A stretch of 64,000 bases of DNA, from the NCBI GenBank assembly GCA_965215605.1, contig OZ244070.1, forward strand, positions 2,624,001 through 2,688,000, written 5' to 3'. This document shows positions 45,814-57,637 of this stretch, piece after piece. The notes below the pieces were generated by a model. That model was given only the letters and a program-made list of their open reading frames with translations, was not told the origin of the DNA and made no database searches. The first letter of the stretch is position 1, and each line of letters begins with the position of its first letter. Made by a program: the position numbers and the translations under genes. The stretch is from an uncultured Candidatus Binatia bacterium. Its GTDB lineage: Bacteria > Desulfobacterota > Binatia > UBA9968 > JAJDTQ01.

Positions 45814-46686
45814 GTGCCCGAATTTCTCCAGCACCTCCTCAACGCGCTGATCCTCGGCGGCACCTATGCCCTCCTGGGCATCGGACTGACGCTGATCTTC
45901 GGCATCATGCGGGTGGTCAACTTCACCCACGGCGAGCTCTATACCTTCGGCGCCTACATGGTGTTTTTCTTCGTCATGGTGCTGGGCGTGAACTTCTTCG
46001 CCAGCATCCTGCTGGCCATGGCCCTCGGCGTGGTCCTCGGCGCGCTGATCGAGTTCGTGCTGCTGCGCCCGCTCCGGGGCGCCGACATCGATACCACCAT
46101 GCTGGTCATGATCGGCGCCTGGATCGCGATGCAGAACCTGGAGCAGTTCGCCTGGACCGGCATCGCCAAGTCCATCGACCATCCCTTTCCCCTGGACCCC
46201 CTGGTCATCGGGGAGGTGTCGGTTTCCTGGGTCCGGGTTTTCGTCTTCGCCTTCGCGGTGCTGCTGATCGCCGTCACCTACCTGCTGATCCATTGGACAC
46301 GTCTGGGCAAGGCCATGCGCGCGACCTTTCAGGACCGTGAGACCGCGGCGCTCATGGGCGTCAACGTCAAGGGCATCCATACGCTGACCTTCGCCTTCGG
46401 CTCCTGCCTCGCGGCCGCGGCCGGCGCCCTGCTGGGCCCGGTCTTCGTGGTGGCGCCGACCATCGGCGACCTGGCGGCGCTCAAGGCCTTCGCCATCGTC
46501 ATCCTGGGCGGTCTCGGCAGCATCCCCGGCGCCACCCTCGGCGGCTTCGTCCTGGGCCTGGCGGAGGAACTCGGCGCGGGCTACATCTCGTCCGGCTATC
46601 GCGACGCCATGGGCTTCCTGCTGATCATCCTGGTACTGGTGTTCAAGCCGACGGGGCTGTTCGCGGCCAAGGAGCGCATCGGGTGA
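45814..46686 (+). CDS. livH: Liv-type ABC permease
   Basis: GLTLIFGIMRVVNFTHG, GKAMRA, ILGGLGS. Confidence 0.88.
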   Translation: MPEFLQHLLNALILGGTYALLGIGLTLIFGIMRVVNFTHGELYTFGAYMVFFFVMVLGVNFFASILLAMALGVVLGALIEFVLLRPLRGADIDTTMLVMIGAWIAMQNLEQFAWTGIAKSIDHPFPLDPLVIGEVSVSWVRVFVFAFAVLLIAVTYLLIHWTRLGKAMRATFQDRETAALMGVNVKGIHTLTFAFGSCLAAAAGALLGPVFVVAPTIGDLAALKAFAIVILGGLGSIPGATLGGFVLGLAEELGAGYISSGYRDAMGFLLIILVLVFKPTGLFAAKERIG

Positions 46687-47711
46687 GGCACGCGGTCACA
46701 GCCGCCTGGGTGGTGTTCCTGTTCTCCATCCCGCTGTGGATGACGGACCTCTACATCCTCCATATCCTCATCAGCGCCGGCATCTTCACCATCGCCGCCA
46801 TAAGCCTCAACCTGCTGCTCGGCTACACCGGGCAACTGAGCCTCGGCCACGTGGCGTTCTTTGGCATCGGCGCCTATACCAGCGCGCTGGTGTCCCTGGG
46901 CTTCGACCTCGAGTTGACCGGCTCCTACACGTTCGTGTTCGCGCCCCGGTCGGTGTGGGTCGCCTTCATCGCCGGCATCGCCGCCGCCGGCCTGTTCGGG
47001 TGGCTCATCGGCAAGATCGCCTTCAAGGTCCGCGGCGCCTATTTCGTCATCGTCACCATCAGCTTCGCCGAGGTCGTGCGGCTCATCTCCCTCAACTGGG
47101 TCGACCTCACCGAAGGCCCCATGGCGCTCAACAACATCCCGCCGTTCGGCGTCGCCATTCCGGGTCTCTGGGAACAGACCTTCTACCAGAAGCTGCCCAA
47201 CTACTACCTGGTCCTGGTCGTGACCATCGTTTCCTACGTCGTGGTCCGGCGCCTGGTGCGGTCCCGGGCCGGGCGGGCCATGATCGGGTTGCGCGAGAAC
47301 GAGGCCCTGGCCTCTTCCGTCGGCGTCGACGTCACCCGCTACCTGGTCCTGGCGACGATCATTTCGGCGGCCATGGCCGGGGCCGCCGGCGGGCTCTACA
47401 CCCACTATATCCGCATCGTCGATCCCGACATCTTCCTGTTCATCTACACCGTGACCATGGTGATCATGGTGGTCACCGGCGGCAAGGGGACCACCGCCGG
47501 CCCGGTGGTGGGGGGCCTCATCTTCGGCATCCTGCCGGAGGTGCTGCGGGAGTTTGCCAGCCCCGAGGTGCAGTGGGTGATCTACGGCGTGTTCATGATC
47601 GCCGTGGTGTTTTTCCTGCCGCAAGGCATCGTGCCCGCGGTCACGTCGTGGTGGAAAGCGCGTTTCGCCGCCCCCGAGGGCGGCCTCGGCACCCCGGAGG
47701 GAGCGCGGTGA
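46683..47711 (+). CDS. livM: Liv-type ABC permease
   Basis: NLLLGYTGQLSLGH, RGAYFVIVT, LRENE. Confidence 0.88.
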   Translation: MRHAVTAAWVVFLFSIPLWMTDLYILHILISAGIFTIAAISLNLLLGYTGQLSLGHVAFFGIGAYTSALVSLGFDLELTGSYTFVFAPRSVWVAFIAGIAAAGLFGWLIGKIAFKVRGAYFVIVTISFAEVVRLISLNWVDLTEGPMALNNIPPFGVAIPGLWEQTFYQKLPNYYLVLVVTIVSYVVVRRLVRSRAGRAMIGLRENEALASSVGVDVTRYLVLATIISAAMAGAAGGLYTHYIRIVDPDIFLFIYTVTMVIMVVTGGKGTTAGPVVGGLIFGILPEVLREFASPEVQWVIYGVFMIAVVFFLPQGIVPAVTSWWKARFAAPEGGLGTPEGAR

Positions 47712-48476
47712 CGGATACCGCACTCAGCGTCGAGGGCCTCACCGTCCACTTCGGCGGTCTGGTGGCCGTGTCCAACGTGGATTTCGTCGTCCGCGAAGGC
47801 GAGATCGCCAGCCTCATCGGCCCCAACGGGGCCGGCAAGACCACCGCCTTCAACGTCATCACGGGGTTCCTGCGGGCCAGCGCCGGCAGCGTCCGCTACC
47901 GCGGCGCTTCCCTGGACGGCCTGCGGCCCAACGACGTCGCCGACCTGGGCGTTGTCCGGACTTTCCAGAAGACGAGCCTCTTCAGCGGATTGAGCGTCAT
48001 CGACAACATGCTGATCGGCTTGCACCGCCGGGGCCGTGGCCGGGTCTGGGAAATCCTGCTGGCGCTGCCGCGCATCAAGGCAGAGGAACGCGACCTGCGG
48101 GCGCAGGCGGCCGGCATCCTGGAACAGGTGGGTCTGTCCCACCGGGGCGGCGAGCTGGCGTCCGACCTGCCCTACGGCGAGCAGCGCCTGCTGGAGGTGG
48201 CCATCGCCCTGGCGGCGCGGCCGTCGCTGCTGTTGCTGGACGAGCCGGCCTCCGGAATGAACCCGTCGGAGACCCAGGACTTCATGAACCGAGTCTCGGC
48301 CATCCGCGACCAGGGGACCACCATCTTCCTGGTGGAGCACGACATGCGGGTGGTCATGGGCATCTCCGACCGGGTCATCGTGCTCAATCAGGGCATCATC
48401 CTGGCCGAGGGCACGCCGGAAGAGATCCGCCGCCACCCGGAGGTCATTCGGGCCTACCTGGGAGGGGCAGCCGCCG

Positions 48477-48484
<8 letters not shown>
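47708..48484 (+). CDS. livG: Liv-type ABC ATP-binding protein
   Basis: GTG overlapping the livM stop. FGGLVAV, GPNGAGKT, LPYGEQR, LDEP, VEHDM. Confidence 0.88.
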
Positions 48485-49181
<697 letters not shown>

Positions 49182-49473
49182 CAACCGGAGAACTTCCCAT
49201 GGATGACCGCACCTTCCACCTCTTCGCCGGCGTCGCCCCACGGACCCACGAATTGTCAACGTTATTTGTGACGCAGGACGCTAGGCCCAACTGCCCAAAC
49301 TTGTTATAGTCCTCCTTTCGGATCGCACGCCGTTGAAGCTCCGTTTCCCGAGCCGGAAACCGTCCGGAAATTCCGGCCATTTCCAGGGCGCTCACAAACA
49401 AACGCATCTGGATTCGCAACTCCGCGCACACCCGGTCTGCTTGAGGGTGCAGGCGAAAAGGGGAGGGTAACCG

Positions 49474-51330
49474 ATGGATGTCGCCGCTTGCCGCGAGACG
49501 GCGAAACTTCGCAACATCGCGATCATCGCACACGTCGACCACGGCAAGACCACGCTGGTGGACGCGATGCTGTGGCAGAGCGGAACGTTCCGGGCAAACC
49601 AGGACGTCCGCGAGCGGGTGCTGGACTCCATGGACCTCGAACGGGAGAAGGGCATCACGATCATGGCGAAGAACGCCTCCGTGACCTACGGCGGCGTCAA
49701 GATCAACATCGCCGACACGCCCGGTCACGTGGATTTCGGCGGCGAGGTGGAACGCACCCTGAGGATGGTCGACGGCGTGATGCTGCTCGTCGATGCCGCC
49801 GAGGGGCCGATGCCCCAGACCCGCGCGGTGCTGGCCAGGGCGCTGGAGCTGGGACTGCCGCCCATCGTGGTCATCAACAAGATCGACCGCCAGGACGCGC
49901 GCCCGGCCGAAGTCCTGAACGAGATCTACGACCTGTTCATCGACCTGGGCGCCAACGAGGAACAGATCGAGTTTCCGGTCATCTACTCCGTCGCCCGGAG
50001 CGGAAGATGCACGCCGTCGCCGGGCGGCGAGCTCACCGATCTTCGGCCGCTGTTCGAAACCATCCTCGCGCACGTTCCCTCGCCCGCCGGAAACCCGGAC
50101 CACCCGTTGCAGATACTGGTGACCAACGTGGCGCCCGACGACTACCTCGGACCGCTGGCCATCGGCCGCGTGGTGGACGGCACGGTGCGGAGCCGTCAGC
50201 CGGTGACCCTGTGCCGGCGCGACGGGTCGCAGACCCCGGCCGCGGTGGCGGAGCTGTTCATCTACGAAGGGGTCGGGCGGGTCCCGGTGCCGTCGACCGG
50301 CCCCGGAGAGATCGTCGCGCTGGCGGGCATGACCGGCATCGGGCTGGGCGAGAGCATTGCCGACGGCGAGGATCCCAAGCCGCTGCCGGTGCTCGACGTG
50401 GAGGAACCGACGCTGTCGATGGAGTTCTCCATCAACGATTCCCCCTTCAGCGGCAAGGACGGCCGCTACCTGACCTCACGCCACCTCCGGGCGCGCCTGC
50501 TCAAGGAGGCCGAGCACAACCTCGCCATCCGGGTGGAGTCCATCGAATCTTCCGAGCGCTTCCTGGTGTACGGCCGGGGAGAGCTGCAGCTTGCCGTCCT
50601 GATCGAACAGATGCGGCGGGAAGGGTACGAGTTTTCGGTTGGCATGCCGCGGGTGTTGACCCGCACCGTCGGCGGCGCGACCCACGAACCGTGCGAACTG
50701 GCCATCATCGAAACGGATGAAGAGTACCAGGGAATCGTGGTCCAGAAGCTCGGCGCGCGCCGGGGCGTGCTGGTCAGGATGGCGGACCGCGGCTCGGGAA
50801 GGGTCCGCCTGGAGGTCGAGGTGCCCAGCCGCGGTTTGATCGGATACCGGACCGAGTTCCTCACCGACACCAAGGGCACCGGAACCCTCACCCACATGTT
50901 CATCGGATACCGGCCTTGGGCCGGCGACATCGTCCACCGCTCCACCGGCGCGCTGGTGGCGGACCGCAGGGGCCGCGTCACCGGCTATGCGATGTTCAAC
51001 CTGCAGGAGCGGGGCGAACTGTTCGTGGGGCCTACCGAGCCGGTGTACGGCGGCATGCTGGTGGGACAGAGCAGCCGCGACAAGGACCTGGACGTGAACA
51101 TCACCAAGGAGAGGAAGCTGACGAACATGCGGTCCTCCGGCCTCAAGGGTATCGAGAAGATCGTGCCTCCGGTGCGCATGTCCCTGGAGCAGGCCATCGA
51201 GTTCATCCGCCACGACGAGCTGATCGAGGTCACGCCGTGCAATCTCCGGCTTCGAAAACGCCACCTCGACTCCAACGAACGGAAATTTCACGCACGCCAG
51301 GCGGAGGGTTCTCTCCAGACCGCCGGATAG
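49474..51330 (+). CDS. typA: Translational GTPase TypA/BipA
   Basis: [46 protein letters not shown]. Confidence 0.95.
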   Translation: MDVAACRETAKLRNIAIIAHVDHGKTTLVDAMLWQSGTFRANQDVRERVLDSMDLEREKGITIMAKNASVTYGGVKINIADTPGHVDFGGEVERTLRMVDGVMLLVDAAEGPMPQTRAVLARALELGLPPIVVINKIDRQDARPAEVLNEIYDLFIDLGANEEQIEFPVIYSVARSGRCTPSPGGELTDLRPLFETILAHVPSPAGNPDHPLQILVTNVAPDDYLGPLAIGRVVDGTVRSRQPVTLCRRDGSQTPAAVAELFIYEGVGRVPVPSTGPGEIVALAGMTGIGLGESIADGEDPKPLPVLDVEEPTLSMEFSINDSPFSGKDGRYLTSRHLRARLLKEAEHNLAIRVESIESSERFLVYGRGELQLAVLIEQMRREGYEFSVGMPRVLTRTVGGATHEPCELAIIETDEEYQGIVVQKLGARRGVLVRMADRGSGRVRLEVEVPSRGLIGYRTEFLTDTKGTGTLTHMFIGYRPWAGDIVHRSTGALVADRRGRVTGYAMFNLQERGELFVGPTEPVYGGMLVGQSSRDKDLDVNITKERKLTNMRSSGLKGIEKIVPPVRMSLEQAIEFIRHDELIEVTPCNLRLRKRHLDSNERKFHARQAEGSLQTAG

Positions 51331-51358
51331 CCCGCCGGGCCGATACAGGCCCCCAGGT

Positions 51359-52768
51359 TCAGTCCGCCCCCTCTTCCAGGTGCCGCCCCAATAGCCGCAC
51401 CTGCGCCCCGGCCAGCATCTCCCGGAGCTTTCCGCGGATCGCCCACAGGCATACCAGCGACGGGATCACCATCAGCGTGGTCATGACGAAGAAGGTGGCC
51501 CAGTCGCCTTCCAGCCAGTCCACCAGGGCGCCGGAGGCGCCGGCCAGGAGGGTGCGGCCGGCGGTGCCGATGGAGGCCAGCAGGGCGTACTGGGTGGCGG
51601 TGTAGGTGCGGTCCACCAACATGGAGATGAAGGCCACGAAGGTGACGGTGGCAAACGCGCTGGTGAGGTCGTCCACCACCACGGCGGCGGCGAACAGGGC
51701 TTCGGATTTCCCCACCCAGAACAGCACGGCGAAGAGGAGGTTGGTGGAGGCCATGGCGATGCCGGACAGGAACATGGCGCGTATGAGGCCCATGCGGATG
51801 GCGAAGAATCCGCCCAGCACGGTGAACGCCACCGTGGTGATCCACCCGAGGCCCTTGGAGTAGAGGGCGATCTCGGACTTGGAGAAGCCGATCTCCCGGT
51901 AGAAGAGGATCGACATGCGTCCCATGAAGGCCTCGCCGATCTTGAACAGAAAGATGAAGCCGAGCACGGTGAGGGCGATGGCGAAGCCGTTGCGCCGGAA
52001 GAAGCTCATCAGGGGACTCACGACCGTGCCGCCCAGCCATGCGGCGACGTGACCCGTCCGGCCGGAGGCGCCGATGCTCGAGGCGATCCGGTCCTCCTCC
52101 GCGGCCTGCGAGGCGATGCGCTCCGCGGTGCCCTGCTCGTGCACGAACAGCAGGCCCACGTTGGTCAGGATCACCAAGCCGCCGAGCACCAGGAAGGTAG
52201 CCTGCCAGTAGTCCTCCACGCCGGCGTTCTGGAAGGCGGTGGCCGCCTCCAGCGCGACGATGCCCCCGAGTTTGTAGCCGGTCCACCAGCCCACCACCGC
52301 GACGGCCGCGCCCGCGGCCATGGCTTCCCCTTCCGAAGTGCCGACCTGCTCGATCCGCAACGCATCCACGGCAATGTCCTGGGTGGCCGAGGCCACTGCG
52401 ATGGCGAGGCCGATGCCCACCACCCAGGCCAGGTTGGCGGTGGGGTCGGCGAAGCTCCAGAGCACGAGGGATGCCACGATCACGGCCTGCAGCGTGAGGA
52501 TCCAGGCGCGCCGGTGGCCGAGCCGCTCCGTCAGCCAGGGGATGCGGATGCGGTCGATGAGGGGCGCCCAGAGGAAGTTGACGGCGTAGACGCTGAAGAT
52601 GAGACCGGCAAAGCCGATGGCGGTGCGGCTCAGGCCGTCCTCCTTGAGCCACAGGGTGAGGCTGCTGCCGATGAGCACCCAGGGGAACCCGCTGATGATC
52701 CCCAGCAGCATGATGCGCGCCATGCGCCGTTCCCAGTACACCGCCAGTGAGTCGATCATCTTCTGCAT
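51359..52768 (-). CDS. ampG: AmpG-family MFS muropeptide transporter
   Basis: LGIISGFP, FLWAPLID, SATQDIAVDALR, TATQYALL. Start MQKMID after AGGAG. Confidence 0.88.
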   Translation of the reverse strand: MQKMIDSLAVYWERRMARIMLLGIISGFPWVLIGSSLTLWLKEDGLSRTAIGFAGLIFSVYAVNFLWAPLIDRIRIPWLTERLGHRRAWILTLQAVIVASLVLWSFADPTANLAWVVGIGLAIAVASATQDIAVDALRIEQVGTSEGEAMAAGAAVAVVGWWTGYKLGGIVALEAATAFQNAGVEDYWQATFLVLGGLVILTNVGLLFVHEQGTAERIASQAAEEDRIASSIGASGRTGHVAAWLGGTVVSPLMSFFRRNGFAIALTVLGFIFLFKIGEAFMGRMSILFYREIGFSKSEIALYSKGLGWITTVAFTVLGGFFAIRMGLIRAMFLSGIAMASTNLLFAVLFWVGKSEALFAAAVVVDDLTSAFATVTFVAFISMLVDRTYTATQYALLASIGTAGRTLLAGASGALVDWLEGDWATFFVMTTLMVIPSLVCLWAIRGKLREMLAGAQVRLLGRHLEEGAD

Positions 52769-52977
52769 GAGGCTCCTTCGGGGTTGAGGGAGAGTGGTCG
52801 CGCCGTCCCGATACAGTGCCTGGGCCGTACGCTGTTTATACCGGACGCCGGGCGGGAACAGAATCCGGGCCGGGCGGCCGGCCCTGTTCGGCGGCTGGTG
52901 TCCTGTCCCACGGGTTTCTTGTATGACTTGTAGGGGCCACCTGCGGTCGCCCCGCCCCGCCGCGCGCGGCCGCGCGG

Positions 52978-53007
52978 TTGACACTCCTCCACCTCTTCGG
53001 CTAGTCT
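52978..53007 (+). promoter_or_regulatory. Sigma70-like promoter of TRAP operon
   Basis: TTGACA-N18-TAGTCT. Confidence 0.45.
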
Positions 53008-53051
53008 GCGTCCCGCTCGTGAACATGCGTATCTTGAAAGGAGAACGGACC

Positions 53052-54065
53052 ATGTCCCTATTGCTTAGAGCCTGTTTCCGGAGTCTGGCGGTCGCGTCGG
53101 TAATTGGCGGCCTGCTCGTGGCGGCGGCCGTATCGGTGCAAGCGGTGGAGCTCAAGCTCGCCCACTTCACTTCTCCCAAGCATCCCATGGACCGGCTGGT
53201 GATGCGTCCTTGGGGCGCGGAGGTGGCCAAGCGCAGCAACGGCTCGCTGACGGTGCGGATCTACCCCGGCGGCGAGCTTGGCAAGGGGCCGGTGGCCCAG
53301 TACAAGCGGGCGGCGGACGGCATCGCCGACATCACCTTCGGCCTGCAAGGGTACAGTTCGCCGCTGTTCCCGAGGACGCTGCTGGTGGAGTTGCCGGGCA
53401 TCGCGCCGGACGCGGTGGTGGCCACCAAGATGATGTGGAAGGCCATCGACGCCATCCAGGGCGAGTACGACCGGACCAAGGTCCTGGCGCTGTGGACCAA
53501 TGACAAGGCGGTCATCATGACCCGGAGCAAGGCGGTGCGGACCCTGGACGACGTCAAGGGCATGAAGATCCGCACCCCGTCCAAGCTCCAGGGCGACATC
53601 ATCAAGGCATTGGGGGCCACGCCCGTGGCCATGCCGGTGACGCGCATGTACAACGCCCTCAAGACCGGCGTCGTCGATGGGCTCATGGTCGCGCCGAGCG
53701 TGATCCGGAGCTTCAAGATCGGCGAGGTGGCCAAGTACTACACGGTGGGGCCGTTCGCCAACACGGCGTTCTTCCTGGCCATGAACAAGAAGGCCTATGA
53801 CGGCCTCTCGGCGGAGCACAAGAAGATCATCGACGAGACCTCGGGCGAGGCCTTGAGCGTCAAGGCCGCGGGCATCTACAAGAAGGCCGGCGCCGGCTCC
53901 CTGGCGGGCGAGAAGAAGAGCGGCCGGGGCGAGGTGATCACGCTGTCGGACGCCGAGGACAAGCGTTTCCGCAAGGCCCTGAGCGGGGTCCGGGCCGGGA
54001 CCGTCAAGGCTCTCTCCGCCAAGGGCATCGACGCCGAGAAGATCCTCGCCGCCATGGGCGGGTAG
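53052..54065 (+). CDS. dctP: TRAP transporter substrate-binding protein
   Basis: Signal peptide, IYPGGELG, GMKIR, LGATPVAMP, LKTGVVDG. Confidence 0.88.
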   Translation: MSLLLRACFRSLAVASVIGGLLVAAAVSVQAVELKLAHFTSPKHPMDRLVMRPWGAEVAKRSNGSLTVRIYPGGELGKGPVAQYKRAADGIADITFGLQGYSSPLFPRTLLVELPGIAPDAVVATKMMWKAIDAIQGEYDRTKVLALWTNDKAVIMTRSKAVRTLDDVKGMKIRTPSKLQGDIIKALGATPVAMPVTRMYNALKTGVVDGLMVAPSVIRSFKIGEVAKYYTVGPFANTAFFLAMNKKAYDGLSAEHKKIIDETSGEALSVKAAGIYKKAGAGSLAGEKKSGRGEVITLSDAEDKRFRKALSGVRAGTVKALSAKGIDAEKILAAMGG

Positions 54066-54090
54066 GGCGGCTGCCCGACTGCGCGTATCC

Positions 54091-54618
54091 ATGAGCGACG
54101 AATCGCGTGCCGCGTTGCCGGGGACCGCGGTGGCCGCCTGGACCACCCGGTTCCTGGCCTACGCGGCCGGCGCCGCGCTGCTGTGGCTGATGCTGCTGAC
54201 GGTGGTGGCGGTGGTGATGCGCTACGTCTTCAATGCCCCCATCCTGGGCGCGCAGGACATCTCCGAACTCAGTCTGGCGGTGGTGGTGTTCCTGGGGATC
54301 CCCTACTGCGGCTGGACCGGCGGCCACGTGGCCGTGGACCTCATCAGCACGGTGGTAGGGGAGAGCCGGCTGCGCTACACCGACACCCTCATGCGGCTGT
54401 TGGGCGGGGTGTTGTTCGCCGTCGTCGCGTGGCAGGCCATGCGGCAGGGGCTGGACGCGCTGGAGTACGGCGAAGCCAGCAACCTCGTGGAGATCGCCCA
54501 CCATCCCTTCATGTTCCTGATGAGCTTCGGCTGGTTGCTGTTCGCCCTGGTGCTGCTGCTCCAGGCGGCCGCCGGCATCCTCCAGGCTCCTCAAGCATCC
54601 CAAGAGAAGGCTGAATGA
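54091..54618 (+). CDS. dctQ: TRAP transporter small permease
   Basis: Four TM segments, VVMRY, GHVAVD. Confidence 0.88.
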   Translation: MSDESRAALPGTAVAAWTTRFLAYAAGAALLWLMLLTVVAVVMRYVFNAPILGAQDISELSLAVVVFLGIPYCGWTGGHVAVDLISTVVGESRLRYTDTLMRLLGGVLFAVVAWQAMRQGLDALEYGEASNLVEIAHHPFMFLMSFGWLLFALVLLLQAAAGILQAPQASQEKAE

Positions 54619-55919
54619 GTCCCACCGCCGCGGGTCTTCTGGGGTTGGCCGGACTGTTCGTGCTCCTGGCGCTGAGGATGCCCGTGGGCATCGCCATGAT
54701 GCTCATCGGAGTGCTGGGCTTCGGCGTCCTCAACGGCTGGGGCCCGGCCATGGCCGTGCTGGGCAGCGAGCCCTTCGTCATCGCCAGCAACTACGAGCTC
54801 ATCGTCATCCCTCTGTTCGTGCTGATGGGAAACTTCGCCACGGTTTCCGGCATGAGCCGCGATCTGTATGCGGCGGCCTACGCCTGGTTCGGCCACTGGC
54901 GCGGCGGACTGGCCAGCGCCACCATCGCCGCCTGCGCGGGATTCGCGGCGCTCTCGGGCTCTTCGGTGGCCGCGGCCGTGACCATGGGCAAGGTGGCGCT
55001 GCCGGAGATGCGCACCTACCGCTACGATCCGCGGCTGGCTACCGGCGCCATCGCCGCCGGCGGCACCCTGGGCATCCTGATCCCGCCCAGCACGGGCTTC
55101 GTGATCTATGCCATCCTCACCGAGGAGTCCATCGGCCGCCTGTTCCTGGCCGGGGTCTTTCCCGGGCTGTTGCTGACCGCGCTGTTCATCCTGTCGATCT
55201 TCATCCAGACCCGCATCAAACCGGACCTGGGACCGCCCGGACCGGCTTCCACCGTCATGGACCGCATCCGCGCCTTCCGCCAGGCCAGCGCCATGATCGG
55301 CGTGGTGACGGTGACCATCGGCGGCATCTACGCGGGCCTGTTCACCCCCACCGAGGCCGCCGGCGTGGGCGCTTTCCTGGCCGCCCTGCTGGCGTTGGTG
55401 CGGGGCCGCCTGACCGCGTCGTCGCTGTCGTCCATGGTGCTGGAGAGCGTCCGCACCACCGCCCTGGTCTTCCTCATCCTGGTGGGCGCCCACATCTTCA
55501 ATCCGTTCCTGGCGCTGACCCACATCCCCTCGGACCTGGCCGAGCTGCTGGTGGGCATGGAGCTGCCGCGGCTGGCGGTGCTCGGCATCCTGCTGGCTGC
55601 CTACATCGTGTTGGGGATGTTCCTAGAGGGCTTCGCCATGCTGGTGCTGACCCTCCCCATCGTGCACCCCATCATCCTCACCCTGGGCTACGACCCCATC
55701 TGGTTCGGCGTGGTCATGGTCATCGTGCTGGAGATGGGCCTCATCAGCCCGCCGGTGGGCGTCAACGTCTTCGTGGTCAAGGGCATCGCCGAGGATGTGC
55801 CCATGAGCAAGATCTTCGCCGGCATCTTCCCGTTCTGGATCGCCATGGCCGTCTGCCTGGCCATCCTGGTGGCGTTCCCGGACATCGCGCTGTTTCTGCC
55901 GAATACGATGATTCGGTGA
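54615..55919 (+). CDS. dctM: TRAP transporter large permease
   Basis: IPLFVLMG, GTLGILIPPS, FTPTEAA, ISPPVG. Confidence 0.92.
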   Translation: MSPTAAGLLGLAGLFVLLALRMPVGIAMMLIGVLGFGVLNGWGPAMAVLGSEPFVIASNYELIVIPLFVLMGNFATVSGMSRDLYAAAYAWFGHWRGGLASATIAACAGFAALSGSSVAAAVTMGKVALPEMRTYRYDPRLATGAIAAGGTLGILIPPSTGFVIYAILTEESIGRLFLAGVFPGLLLTALFILSIFIQTRIKPDLGPPGPASTVMDRIRAFRQASAMIGVVTVTIGGIYAGLFTPTEAAGVGAFLAALLALVRGRLTASSLSSMVLESVRTTALVFLILVGAHIFNPFLALTHIPSDLAELLVGMELPRLAVLGILLAAYIVLGMFLEGFAMLVLTLPIVHPIILTLGYDPIWFGVVMVIVLEMGLISPPVGVNVFVVKGIAEDVPMSKIFAGIFPFWIAMAVCLAILVAFPDIALFLPNTMIR

Positions 55920-56001
55920 GGAGGGTTGTTTCGGCCGGTCTCTCTGCTCGGAACGGCAATGCCGCAGTTTCCGTCCAACAGGCTTGTGAGGGCCGCATGA
56001 T

Positions 56002-57123
56002 ATGGCCGAACGCATCTATGTGATGAACGACAGCGGGGAACTCCAGCCCCTGACCGAGGAACCGTTCCGCACCGAGGACCTGCTTCAACAACTGCTGGCG
56101 AAGAACCCTGAGTTGCTGGACGGCGAACAAATGCGACCCGACGACCCGCGTCGCTGGATTCTCATCACCCGCGAGAAGAGCATCGCTGACACAGTCGATG
56201 CCGGGGCGCGCTGGTCGGTGGATCATCTCCTGGTCGATCAAGACGCCGTACCCACCCTGGTGGAAGTGAAGCGGGGGACAAGCTCGGAGATCCGCCGTAC
56301 CATAGTGGGCCAGTTGCTGGAATACGCGGCCCACGCCTCACAGACGTGGAAGGCGGACGAACTTCGGCGGGCCTTCGAAGCCGGTGACAATGCTGAAAGC
56401 CGGTTGGCGGAGTTGCTGCAATTCGCGGGGGGTGACTGGGTTGATGTCGAGGCGTTCTGGGAACGGGTGGCGACCAACCTTGCCGCGCGGCGGCTCCGGT
56501 TGTTGTTCGTTGCCGACTGGATTCCCGACGAATTGGCTCGGGTGGTGGAGTTTCTGAACGAGCAGATGCCGGACGTTGAGGTGCTGGCGGTGGAGATCAA
56601 ACAGTTCCGGGGTACGTCGCATACCACACTGGTGCCGCAGGTCATTGGACGCACCGTTGCGAAGCTGGGCGTTCGGCCGCGCGGTAGCAGGCTACGTACA
56701 CTCGACGAATTCTATGACCGTTTTGTAGACAGCTCCGTCGCCCGGCGTCTCATAACCGCCGCTGAGAATGCCGGTGCCGAAATCTACTTGGGGGTACAAG
56801 GTGTCTCCGTTCGCATAGCCTGTTCGTTCCAAACGTCCCCGGTCAGCGTGGCCTGGTTTTACCCCTCAGCGCATACTTCGTGGGCGGGCACTAAAGGTTT
56901 CACTTTCGGCACCACCAACTGGGTCAACTTTCCCCCAGAAGCCCGATCTGTTGTTGGTGAAATGCACGGTTGGTTTGAGTCACAAACCTTTACCGAGAAG
57001 GTAGGCGGCACATCGCGAAACGCGATAACGGGATGGGCCATTGACCCGGCGGTCGCCGCGCAGCATGTTGATGCGCTGGCGGAGAGGCTTGCGACCACGA
57101 TTTCCGGGTTACGACAGTGTTAG
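56002..57123 (+). CDS. PD-(D/E)XK nuclease-domain protein (NucS/EndoMS-like N-terminus)
   Basis: EDLLQ, VDHLLVD...LVEVK, VGQLLEYA. Confidence 0.7.
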   Translation: MAERIYVMNDSGELQPLTEEPFRTEDLLQQLLAKNPELLDGEQMRPDDPRRWILITREKSIADTVDAGARWSVDHLLVDQDAVPTLVEVKRGTSSEIRRTIVGQLLEYAAHASQTWKADELRRAFEAGDNAESRLAELLQFAGGDWVDVEAFWERVATNLAARRLRLLFVADWIPDELARVVEFLNEQMPDVEVLAVEIKQFRGTSHTTLVPQVIGRTVAKLGVRPRGSRLRTLDEFYDRFVDSSVARRLITAAENAGAEIYLGVQGVSVRIACSFQTSPVSVAWFYPSAHTSWAGTKGFTFGTTNWVNFPPEARSVVGEMHGWFESQTFTEKVGGTSRNAITGWAIDPAVAAQHVDALAERLATTISGLRQC

Positions 57124-57151
57124 CTCCCGGTGCGGGCTCCTTCGATCATGT

Positions 57152-57211
57152 CGTCATTCCGGGCCCGACTCCGGGTCTCCCGCCCCGTCATCCCGGGCTC
57201 GACCCCGGATC
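57152..57211. repeat. Two degenerate REP-like units
   Basis: CGTCATTCCGGGCCCGACTCCGGG and CGTCATCCCGGGCTCGACCCCGGATC, between convergent genes. Confidence 0.55.
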
Positions 57212-57252
57212 GGGAAGCGGGGTGTGTGGCGGATGCGTCTGACCCGCGCGAA

Positions 57253-57621
57253 CTATCTCACAATGCCTTCCGGCGGGATGGGGCCGTCATTCCCAGGGGG
57301 AGCGAGATGCACCGCCAGGGCGCCGTCGGGTGTCCTGGCCTCCACGTTCGTCACCTGTACGTATCCGGAATCGGTCAGTCGTTTCACCCGAAGCTCGTTT
57401 CCTTTCACGCCCATCACAATGGAAATGAGCAGCTCGACGACAAGCCAGGCCTCGGGGATCGAGCTCGCCAGGATCCCGAACAGGAATACGATCACGCCGA
57501 TCAGCCAAAGCTTCTTTACGAACGCCCAGATCCAGGTGAAGAAGAAGGCAGGCCAACTCCAGCCGTTCTTGACGACTTCATGGCCCAGGGTCGGGTGTTG
57601 GAGGATGGAAAACTGCTTCAT
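57253..57621 (-). CDS. DUF2628-like membrane protein
   Basis: VKNGWSWPAFFFTWIWAFVKKLW...GNELR. Confidence 0.75.
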   Translation of the reverse strand: MKQFSILQHPTLGHEVVKNGWSWPAFFFTWIWAFVKKLWLIGVIVFLFGILASSIPEAWLVVELLISIVMGVKGNELRVKRLTDSGYVQVTNVEARTPDGALAVHLAPPGNDGPIPPEGIVR

Positions 57622-57637
57622 TCAAGGACCTCCAGGT

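Noticed and set aside
51359-53239. 626-aa AmpG
   Set aside because: The extension runs through the intergenic promoter region into dctP. The start at 52768 has a Shine-Dalgarno.
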